A DNA stretch of 64,000 bases from an uncultured delta proteobacterium (GTDB lineage: Bacteria > Myxococcota > Kuafuiibacteriia > Kuafuiibacteriales > Kuafuiibacteriaceae). A model generated the notes under the pieces. That model had not been told where the DNA came from and did not search any database. It was given only the letters and a program-made list of their open reading frames with translations. The stretch covers positions 960,001 to 1,024,000 of the forward strand of contig CAWDML010000003.1 of assembly GCA_963803435.1 (NCBI GenBank). The letters run 5' to 3'. Positions 50,653 to 59,574 of the stretch are shown here, one piece after another (position 1 is the first letter of the stretch; every line of letters starts with the position of its first letter). The position numbers and the translations under genes are program-made.

Positions 50653-52543
50653 TCAGATGAGGCCCTCCGCCGCCATCAGCCGGGCGATCAGCCGGGGTGG
50701 GATCGTCCCGTACGACACCATCTTCTCCAGGAATGCCTTCTGGTCGAAGTGATCTCCCGCCCTCTTTTGACCCCGGTGATAGATGTCGAACATCTCCTCG
50801 TAGCCGACGAAATAGGTCGACAGCTGGGTGGAGGTCAGCTTCGCGCGGCGGAGCTTGCGCGTCGCCTCGGCCTTCTCCTGGAAGCCCTTCTTCATCATCA
50901 GATCGAGGGCCCACTAATCCATCGCCTCCTCGTCCCCGGTGTTCGTGTGGAGCTTCGGATCGATCATCGCGTTGATGAACGTGCGCAGCTCCATCTTCAG
51001 GTGGAAGAGGAGGTTCTTCGGATCGCCCTTCGAGTAGCCGTCGTCGTGGAGGATCTGCTCGATCATCACGGCCCAGCCTTCGGCCATCGTGCCGCTCTCG
51101 AGGACCTGCTTCGTGATCGAGGCGTATTCGCTGTGGCTCGACCAGTAGAGCTGGACGTAGTGACCCGGGAACGCCTCGTGGATGGTGAGGGCCTGGAGCG
51201 TGTAGTTGTTGTACTCGCGGAGATAGCTCTCGGCGTCGTCGCTGCCCGCCTTCGGCACCGAGCTGATCCAGTAGCTCTTCTTGAGATCGGGCTCGAAGGC
51301 GGGCGCCGGGTTGTAGAAGGCGACCGCCAGGCCGTCGAGGAACGGCGGCGTGGGCTCGATGACGAAGTTGTCGGTCTCGGGCGGCAGCGTGATCACGCCG
51401 GCCTCCGTGATGAACGCCTTCACCTTGGCGACGGTCCGCTGGACGTCCGAGAAGATCGAGGTGGGGGTCCCGTGGTCCTTCGCGGCCTCCGCGATCACCT
51501 TGCCGACGACGTAGTTGATGCGCTCGTCACCGAGCAGATCGAGGTATCCGGTGTCGTCGGGCCACTGCTCGCGGAAGAGCGGGAGGGCCACGTCGTACAT
51601 CTGGGCCCGCGCCTTCTCGAGGCCGAGCTCCGCCTGGCGGTAGATGTCGTCGGCCTTCATGTTCGATGAGAGGGTGAGCGCCAGCTTCTCGTTCCACAGC
51701 TTCTGGCCGAGCCTCCAGTCGCCCGTGGAGCGCGGCAGCAAATCCTTCTCGAGGAACGTCTGCCAGTCCCCGATCGCCTTCACCGCCGCCGGCTTGAGCG
51801 CGTTGAACTCCTTCTCGAGCTGGGGGTGGGGCGCGAACAGCTTGGGGAGCTGCTCGGTAAACGTCTTGAGGTTGCCCGGGTTCTGCGCGATCACGAACTC
51901 GGTGAAGAGCTTCGGCGGGGTCTTCAGGTTCTTCTTCGCCTGCTCCAGGAAGCCGGGGAGGGCGCGCATCCGGCCCAGCACCGCCTTCAACCGGACCGGC
52001 CACTGTGCCGGATCCTCCGGTGGGATCGTCACGTAGTAAAACGCACCGCCGAGGGTCTGGTTGTACATGTTCGTGTCCCAGGTCTCGGGCTTCAGCTCGG
52101 TGAGGACGAACAGCTCCTCGGCGATCCGCGATTCGATCAGCTCGTGATCGATCGCCCACGAGGTCGACAGCTTCTTGCGATCGATCTTCTTCAGCTCACC
52201 GTCGAAGTAACGAAGCGTGTGCAGCGCGCGCTCGGTCCCGCGCGCCGACAGGTCGGGCAGGAGGTGGTCCCACTTGTGATAGCCGACGTACGAGGCGGTC
52301 ACGGGGCTCAGCTCCAGGGAGGCGTCGAGATATCGCTCGGCCAGCTTGGCCATCGCGCGGTCGGAGGCGTTCATCGGCGGTGGACCTCGAAAGTGGAACG
52401 GCGGTTTTGCGCTCGCACAGGAGAACGCGACCGTGAAGGCCGCCAGGCAGGTGAGGGAAAACCGCGGGGAATATCCGGAACATTCCGCAGCTTCTCCATG
52501 TCCGGAGGTTGGGCCCCGCAGGCGGAAGCGTGGCGCGTTCATG
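50653..52543 (-). CDS. DUF885 family lipoprotein (metallopeptidase-like) with in-frame TAG at 50914-50916; start uncertain
   Basis: AFSC lipobox, HEAFPGHYVQ, EGWA; frame continues past TAG into QLSTYFVG...GTIP. Confidence 0.85.
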
Positions 52544-52585
52544 GGCGCGGAAGCTAGCCCGTCTGAGGTACAGTCGTCACTGGCA

Positions 52586-53959
52586 ATGTCGCGCTCGCTC
52601 GCTTCGCGCCGCGCACGTTCTGTGTTCGGGATCCTCGCGCGGGGAAGGGAGCTGTTCCCGCTGACCAACCTCGGCCTCGGCGTTCTCCTCCTCTCCGCCG
52701 CCGCCTACTATGGCTTCGGCGTCCCGCACGCCGACTACGTGGTGCAGCTGGTCTCGGTGCTGGCGATGGCGCTGGTCGCGGCGGCCCTCGTCGTCGTGTT
52801 GCTCGGCGCCGTGCTCACCCATCGCGCGGTCGCCCGCTACGTCCGCGGCGAGGACGAAGCGACGCCCGGTCCCATCACGTTCGAGGCCTGCCGCGGGTGG
52901 GGCACCGGCTTGAGGGTCCCGCGCCGCGCCTGGTTCCCGCTGCTGGAGATGGCCTGGACCTGGGAGTCGCCCGAGGGCTTCCGCATCGCGCCCTCGCGGA
53001 TCGAGGGCGAGATCTGGGAGAACATCGAGACCCACCGCCGCGCGCTCGAGGAGCAGATCGTCCGCCGCTTCGTGATCGAGGATAGCTTCGGCCTGGCCCG
53101 CGTGGTCCTTCGACGCACCGAGCCGCGCACGCTGCGCGTCCTCCCGTACACCGGCAACCTGGCGCGCGCCCCCATCCTTCGCTCGCTCGCCGCCGGGGAA
53201 GATCTGGCGCACCCGGCCGGCGTTCCGCTGGGCGATCGGGTCGACATGCGGCGCTACGTCCCCGGTGACCCGCTTCGCCTCGCGCTCTGGAAGGTCTACG
53301 CCCGCACGCGACAGCTGATGGTGCGCACGCCCGAGCGTGCCATCGCGCCCGCGATCCGCGTGGTGGCGTACCTGATCTCCGCGATCGGCGACGAGCCCGC
53401 CGCCGCGGCCGCCTGCGTGGCCATCGAGGGCGGTCACCTCGGCGGCGACTGGCTGTTCGGCGCGGACGGCGGCGAGCATCCGACCAGCGATCCGGGCACC
53501 GCGATCGAGATGATCGTGCGCTCGCGAAACGTCCGCGACGGCGAGGCCGGCGGCGGGGCCGGCCTGCACCGGTTCGTCGAGCAGGCCTCCGAGGCCGAGC
53601 CGGTGCGCCTCGTCCTCTTCGTGCCGCCGGTCGCCGGGCCCTGGCTCGACCGCACCCTCGAGACGCTGCGCCGGCACCAGGGGAGCACGAGCGTGGTCAT
53701 CGTAACGGACGGCGTGCGGAACCCGGAGGCAGTGCGCCCGCAGAGGATCGATCGCGTCCTGCGGATCCCCGAGCCGCCCCACCCGGAGGACGAGAGCTAC
53801 ACGACCCCCGACGCGCTGATGTCGATCGCGCGCACGCTGGCCGCGACCGGCGCCGAGGTCACGGCCATCGATCGAGCGCACGGTCGCGCGCTGGGGCTGG
53901 GCGTTCGCGGCAAGACCCACCATGCGTACGCCGAGGCGCTGGGGCGGAGCGTCGCCTAG
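52586..53959 (+). CDS. DUF58 domain membrane protein
   Basis: Two TM; EDSFGL; RRYVPGDPLRLALWKVYAR. Confidence 0.88.
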   Translation: MSRSLASRRARSVFGILARGRELFPLTNLGLGVLLLSAAAYYGFGVPHADYVVQLVSVLAMALVAAALVVVLLGAVLTHRAVARYVRGEDEATPGPITFEACRGWGTGLRVPRRAWFPLLEMAWTWESPEGFRIAPSRIEGEIWENIETHRRALEEQIVRRFVIEDSFGLARVVLRRTEPRTLRVLPYTGNLARAPILRSLAAGEDLAHPAGVPLGDRVDMRRYVPGDPLRLALWKVYARTRQLMVRTPERAIAPAIRVVAYLISAIGDEPAAAAACVAIEGGHLGGDWLFGADGGEHPTSDPGTAIEMIVRSRNVRDGEAGGGAGLHRFVEQASEAEPVRLVLFVPPVAGPWLDRTLETLRRHQGSTSVVIVTDGVRNPEAVRPQRIDRVLRIPEPPHPEDESYTTPDALMSIARTLAATGAEVTAIDRAHGRALGLGVRGKTHHAYAEALGRSVA

Positions 53960-53966
53960 GCGGACC

Positions 53967-56189
53967 ATGGCCACCTTCGCCGAACCCATTCGCACGCTCC
54001 CAGGCCCGGAGGAGCGGTCCGTGCCGAGGGGCGAGCCGGGGACGCCGGCGCTCGCGAGCCTGATGCATGCGGTGCTGCTCGCCACCGCGTTCGTGGTGTT
54101 CGCGTGGAGCATCGTCATCCCCGCCGGCCTGGTCGCGGGGGCGAGCGGCGCGTTCGCGGGCGTGTTCGTCGCCGAGCGCCTGGTCTCGCGCCGCTACCGC
54201 CTGCCGGTGATCCTGGCCGGAGCCGTGGCCGCGTTCGGCACCGGGATGCTGATGCTCCACCTGGTCGAGGGCTCGGAGAGCCTGGCCGTCCTGCTGTCGC
54301 CGACCCACGCCCTCGAGCTGGCGGAGGTGGTGCGCTGGGGGACCGTGGCGCTCGTGATCTCGGTGGGGCTCCGCGCGACCGCGCTCCGCTACCGCGCCAC
54401 GCTCGCGATCGAAGGCTCGGTGGTGGTGCTCGCGGTGGCCACCACCGTGGCCGCCCACCGGGACGGCATGATCGCCCGGCCGCTCGAGATCTCGGATTGG
54501 TTCTGGACGCAGGGCATCGACCCGGTGGCCGCCTTCCTCGGCATCGGGCTGTGCGCGGCGGTGCTCTTGGCCGGTGTGCTCGCGCACGGACGCTCGCGCG
54601 GGCGCACGCTGGTGCAGCTGTTCCTGGTGCTGCTCCTCGGGCTGTTCCTGGCCTCGCGGATTCACGAGCGGGATCGCGAGGCGCCCAAGAAGGACGCGGT
54701 CGGCAAGGCGCTCGACAAGAAGAAGGACGAGGATCAGCGCTCCGGCGGCGGGTCGGGCGCACCGCAGAACAATCGAGACGACGCGTTCAAGGACGACCTC
54801 CCGCGCGGCGGCAAGGGGAGCGAGAACAAACCGGCCGCGGTGGTGGTGTTCCACAAGGACGTCGAGCCGTTCGGCGGCGTGTTCTACTTCCGGCACGGCG
54901 CGTTCTCGCAGTTCAACGGCATCCGCCTGGTGGAGGCGTCCCGCCAGGACGTCGACGTCGACGCACGCCACGGCTTCCCGGTCATGGACCAGGAGGTCCC
55001 CGGGCCCCAGCGCGACGCCGCGGGCCGCACCGCGGTCGCGACCGACGTGGCGCTCTTGACCAACCACAGCCGCATGTTCGCGCTGATCGATCCGATCGAG
55101 ATCGGCCCCATGCCGAACCCCGAGCCGGCCCGCTTCCAGCGCGCCTATCGGGTGGTGTCGAACGTGATCGAGGCCCGCCTCACCGACATGCTCGGGGACG
55201 AGCCGGGCGATCCCACCTGGTCGGACGAGATCTGGGAGCACTACACCGAGATCCCCCGCGACGATCGCTATCATCGCCTCGCCGCCGAGCTGCAAGGCAG
55301 CCTGCGCGCCGAGTTCCAGGGCGATCCGCTCGCCGAGGCGCTGTCGGTCAAGGACTACCTGGAGAAGAACGCCACCTACTCGTTCGCGCGCAACTACGAC
55401 GGCGCCGAGGATCCCACCGCCGCGTTCCTCTTCTCCGAGGACAAGCGCGGCTACTGTGTCCACCTGGCCCACGCCACCGCCTACCTGATGCGTGCGATGG
55501 GTGTGCCGGCCCGCGTCAGCGCAGGCTATGCGGTGCCCGCCTCCAACCTGCAGGGCGGATCGGCGCTCCTGATCAAGCAGGGCGACGCCCACGCCTGGGC
55601 CGAGATCTACCTGAAGACCTACGGGTGGGTGCCGATCGAGGTCACGCCGCAGAAGACCGACGTGAAGCCGCAGCAGTTCGAGGAGAAGGATCTGCAGCAG
55701 CTGCTCGGCGAGATGGCGCGCAAGGAAGGACGACGCGAGCGCCAGTCGTATCAGGGGCCCCGCCTCGCGGATGTGTTCGCGGCGATCGGACGGTTCATCC
55801 CCTGGGTGCTGGCGGCGCTGCTCGCGCTCGCGTACCTGATCAAGATCTGGCGCCTCTGGGCGCCCTGGTTCGCGAGCGCCCGCGCCACGCCGCGCGTCGC
55901 CTACCGCGCCGCCCTCGACCGGCTCTCCGCGACGGGTCAGTTCCGGAGGCGCGGCGAGCCCCGCGAGCGATTCGCCAAGCGGGTGGTGGATCGGGCCCCC
56001 AGCTTCTCGCCGCTGACCGCGGCCCATGTGGCGGTCGCGCTCGGCTCGCACAGACCGCTGGCAGCCGCGCAGGGCACCGCGCTGGGCGCGCTGGCGAGGC
56101 GGGTCGGTCGCGAGCTGCGGCGGGCGGTGCCGATCTGGCGCTGGATTCTCGGACTCCTCAACCCTGTTTCCTGGATGTGGTCTCGATGA
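53967..56189 (+). CDS. Membrane transglutaminase-like protein (TgpA family)
   Basis: Multiple TMs; GYCVHLAHA, GVPARVSAGY, AHAWAEIY, GWVPIEVTP. Confidence 0.9.
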   Translation: MATFAEPIRTLPGPEERSVPRGEPGTPALASLMHAVLLATAFVVFAWSIVIPAGLVAGASGAFAGVFVAERLVSRRYRLPVILAGAVAAFGTGMLMLHLVEGSESLAVLLSPTHALELAEVVRWGTVALVISVGLRATALRYRATLAIEGSVVVLAVATTVAAHRDGMIARPLEISDWFWTQGIDPVAAFLGIGLCAAVLLAGVLAHGRSRGRTLVQLFLVLLLGLFLASRIHERDREAPKKDAVGKALDKKKDEDQRSGGGSGAPQNNRDDAFKDDLPRGGKGSENKPAAVVVFHKDVEPFGGVFYFRHGAFSQFNGIRLVEASRQDVDVDARHGFPVMDQEVPGPQRDAAGRTAVATDVALLTNHSRMFALIDPIEIGPMPNPEPARFQRAYRVVSNVIEARLTDMLGDEPGDPTWSDEIWEHYTEIPRDDRYHRLAAELQGSLRAEFQGDPLAEALSVKDYLEKNATYSFARNYDGAEDPTAAFLFSEDKRGYCVHLAHATAYLMRAMGVPARVSAGYAVPASNLQGGSALLIKQGDAHAWAEIYLKTYGWVPIEVTPQKTDVKPQQFEEKDLQQLLGEMARKEGRRERQSYQGPRLADVFAAIGRFIPWVLAALLALAYLIKIWRLWAPWFASARATPRVAYRAALDRLSATGQFRRRGEPRERFAKRVVDRAPSFSPLTAAHVAVALGSHRPLAAAQGTALGALARRVGRELRRAVPIWRWILGLLNPVSWMWSR

Positions 56190-57217
56190 TGGAAGTGAAC
56201 TCTCTCGCGCCGATATCCCAGAGCCCGTTCGGGCTCACCGACGCCCACGAGGTGGCCCGGCGCCTGTTCGATCGCGTGCGGGCGGCGGTGCGCGGCCGGG
56301 ACGACGTGATCGAGCTGGTGCTCAACGCGCTCCTGTCCGACGGCCACATCCTCCTCGAAGACTTTCCCGGCTCGGGCAAGACCACGCTGGCGAAAGCGCT
56401 CGGCGAGTCGATGGTCGACGATCGGGACGAGCAGGAGCGCGGCTACATCGAGGCCTTCCGGCGGGTGCAATTCACGCCCGATCTGCTGCCGTCCGACGTC
56501 ACCGGGACCACGGTCTTCGAGCCGCAGACCGGGACGTTCTCGTACCGGCCCGGCCCGATCTTCGCTCACGTCGTGCTCGCCGACGAGATCAACCGGACCT
56601 CGCCGAAGGTCCAGGCGGCGATGCTGGAGGCGATGGCCGAGAAGCAGGTCACGGTCGACAACAAGACGCGCCCGCTCGACGCGCTCTTCTTCGTGATCGC
56701 CACCCAGAACCCGCTCGACCTGGCGGGCACCTATCCGCTGCCGGTGGCGCAGCTCGATCGCTTCCTCTTCAAGGTGCGGATGGTCCACATCGATCGCGAG
56801 TCCGAGATCGACGTCCTCCGCTCCATGCGGGAGCGGAAGACCGGGGGCCGCAGCCTCCCCAAGGTGCGGCGGAGCGAGATCCTGGCGGCGCGCCGGGTCA
56901 TCGAGGAGCAGGTCCAGGTACACCCGCTCATCCAGGAGTCGCTGGTCGACATCGCCCGCGCGCTCCGGGAGGATCGACGCGTGCTCCAGGGCGTGTCGAC
57001 GCGCTCGCTGGTGCTGGCCGTGCCCGCGCTCCAGACGCGGGCCATGATGTATGGGCGGGACTACGCCAACTCGGAGGACATGGAGGTGATCCTGCCGCGC
57101 GTGTTCGGGCACCGGCTCGAGCTGGGTGCCGGAAGCTCGGAGTCGGAGTCGGTGATCTCGGCGGCGATGGCGCCCTCGCTCGAGGCGGTCGCGCGCGCGA
57201 CCATGGCGAGGGTCTGA
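56186..57217 (+). CDS. MoxR family AAA+ ATPase
   Basis: LLEDFPGSGKTT, RVQFTPDLLPSD, LADEINR, ATQNP, GTYPLPVAQLDRF. Confidence 0.95.
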   Translation: MMEVNSLAPISQSPFGLTDAHEVARRLFDRVRAAVRGRDDVIELVLNALLSDGHILLEDFPGSGKTTLAKALGESMVDDRDEQERGYIEAFRRVQFTPDLLPSDVTGTTVFEPQTGTFSYRPGPIFAHVVLADEINRTSPKVQAAMLEAMAEKQVTVDNKTRPLDALFFVIATQNPLDLAGTYPLPVAQLDRFLFKVRMVHIDRESEIDVLRSMRERKTGGRSLPKVRRSEILAARRVIEEQVQVHPLIQESLVDIARALREDRRVLQGVSTRSLVLAVPALQTRAMMYGRDYANSEDMEVILPRVFGHRLELGAGSSESESVISAAMAPSLEAVARATMARV

Positions 57218-57220
57218 GCG

Positions 57221-59273
57221 ATGCAAGCCGGGTTGACAGCGCTGGCGCTGATGCTCGCGGCCCAGGCGCCGCTGAGCGGACACCCGGTCGACCGCGAGCT
57301 CCACCTGCCCGGGCCGCCGCGCGCCGACGACGGCATGCCCAGCATCCGACCCGACTGCCGGGAAGCCGAGATCTTCGGCGGCACCGAGGTCGAGCAGGCC
57401 GCGCTCTGCTACGCCCGCTCCGCCGAGTTTGTCTCGGCGCGCACGCTGGCCGACCAGGCGCTCCGCGACAACCCGCGCTCGTTCCGCGCCCACTATCTGA
57501 TGGGGATCGCGCAGCACCACGGCGAGGGCAACCTCCCCAAGGCGCTCTTCCACCTGGAGACGGCGGAGAAGCTGTTCATCGAGCAGTACGGCGAGCGTCC
57601 GCCGCCCGACCTGATCGAGGCGAACGTCTACCACAAGATCCTGCTGCAGCTGGTCTACGTGCACGGCGAGATGGACCACCACGAGGAGAAGATCCGGTAC
57701 GTCGACGCGCTCTCCGAGCGGCTCGGCGTGAACGACGCGCAGCCCCTGAAGGCGTGGCCGCTGCTCAAGCTGAAGCGGTTCGACGAGGCGCGTGAGATCG
57801 CGAAGCAGGCCGCCGAGAGCGAGGACTTCTGGAACCGCGCGGTCGGTGCCACCGCCCTTTGTGCCGTCGAGAGCGAGCTCCGCAACCGCGACGCCGCCTA
57901 CCAGGCCTGCAAGCAGGCGGCGGAGCCGATCATGCGAAGCGACATGGATGGCGCCATCGAGCTCTCGAACGCCGGCGCGGCCGCCGAGGAGATGTTCGCG
58001 TTCGACGAGGCCGAGAAGCTCTTCCTCCAGGCGACCGGGCGCCACCCCGAAGGCTCCGTCAACCCGTGGGGCCGGCTGGTGCGCCTCTACCTGCGCCAGG
58101 GCCGCTTCGCCGAGGCGGTCACCGCGTGGCGCAACATGCGGGAGTACCGCAAGCATCGTCCGGCCAGCTACCTCGATCAGCAGGATCAGTCCGAGGCCGA
58201 TCTCATCGGCGCCCAGGTGCTCATCATCGCCGGCCGCGAGAAGGACGCCGCCGCGATCACGCGCCGCACGGTCGACCGCCCCGACCGGCAGGGCACCTCG
58301 AGCGCCGACTCCGAGCAGAACGAGGCCGGTGCCGCGATCATGGACATGGTGGTGCGACGGACCGTCGCCCGGCGGCTCCTGGAGGAGGCCTCGACCGCCG
58401 AGCTCTGGGACGGGCTCAAGCTGCGGGCGAAGGCGATCAAGCTCTTCCTCGAGGCCTGGGTCGACGAACGCCAGGCGGCCGACATCGTCGCCGACCCCGA
58501 GCGGCTCGTGACCTCGCTCCGCCCCGAGTGCCCCGGCTCCGTCGAGATGCCCGCCTGGATGGACGGCGAGCTGATCGACGTCGTCGGCCCGGGCGTGGCC
58601 CTCGCCGGGATCGCCGCCGGCCGCAAGGAGGAGACGCTCCCGCCGGCGCTCGCCGATCAGAATCTTCCTCACGCTGGAGACCGAGGCGCTCCTCGAGGAC
58701 GGCGATGAGGCCGCCGCCGTCACCAAGGCCGAGGCCGCCCTCAAGCTCCTCCCCGTCTACGAGGTCCTCCTCCGCGCCCGCGTCGCCGCCCTCGCCGGCG
58801 AAGCCTCCCGCCGCCAGGGCCAGCTCGACGACGCCCTCCGCTACTTCCGCGTCGCCCTCGCCGGCGACCCGGGCGTGGTCCGCCGCCTCGGCTTCACCAT
58901 CCCGGTCCAGCTGAAGAAGCTCGACGATACCGAGGCCGTCACCAAGGCGCTCGAGCTCCTGCAGCGCTCACCGCTCTTCGAGGCCGGCGACTGGGGCTTC
59001 GACCTCGCCGTCGGCGAGCAGACGGCGATCCTCGGCGAAGACGACGGCAGCCAGATCCTCACCATGCGCATCCCCGCCGGCCGCAGCGACTCCCCCGACG
59101 CCTCCGCCCGCCGCATCGCCCGCGCCCTCCACGCCGACCTCCTCACCCCCAACGTCGACATCACCCAGGCCGACATCCGCTCGCTGGACGGCTCCCTCGG
59201 CAGCGGCGGGAAGGCGAGCGACCACGTGAAGTCGATCCTCGACGAGGTGATGGAGGATCCGAAGGCTCCGTAG
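57221..59273 (+). CDS. Exported TPR-like protein; apparent frameshift at ~58661
   Basis: Signal peptide, helical repeats; removing one A joins ORF 57221 to the frame of ORF 58875. Confidence 0.72.
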
Positions 59274-59574
59274 TCTGGATCACCGACGCCGGGCGGCTCA
59301 CCTTCGATGACGTCACGCACGCGCTTCGAGAGAAGTGCACTCCCCGCTTGTTCGGATCGGTGACGTTCTGGTTGAGGCGCTACCGGGCCCCGGCAACCAC
59401 CCCACCTTCGCCCGCTTCGACGTCATGCGCCGGCTGCTCGGCTCGGCCACCGCGCACGACCCGACGACTGTGCACGCAGAGTGCGGCGGAGCGCGGCGGA
59501 GCGCGGCCATCCACCCGGTGCAGGCGCTCACGCGCTGGATTCGGAGTGGGAACCCTCCTAGCATCGTCCTCCCC

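Noticed and set aside
50914-50916. In-frame TAG in the DUF885 gene as pyrrolysine or stop-codon recoding
   Set aside because: TAG is a normal stop elsewhere (fdxA, rpmG); no pyl genes seen; a single C-to-T change at a GATC site explains it
54104-57217. 1037-aa ORF as a giant MoxR fusion
   Set aside because: N-terminal part is an off-frame shadow of the transglutaminase gene; MoxR starts at 56186
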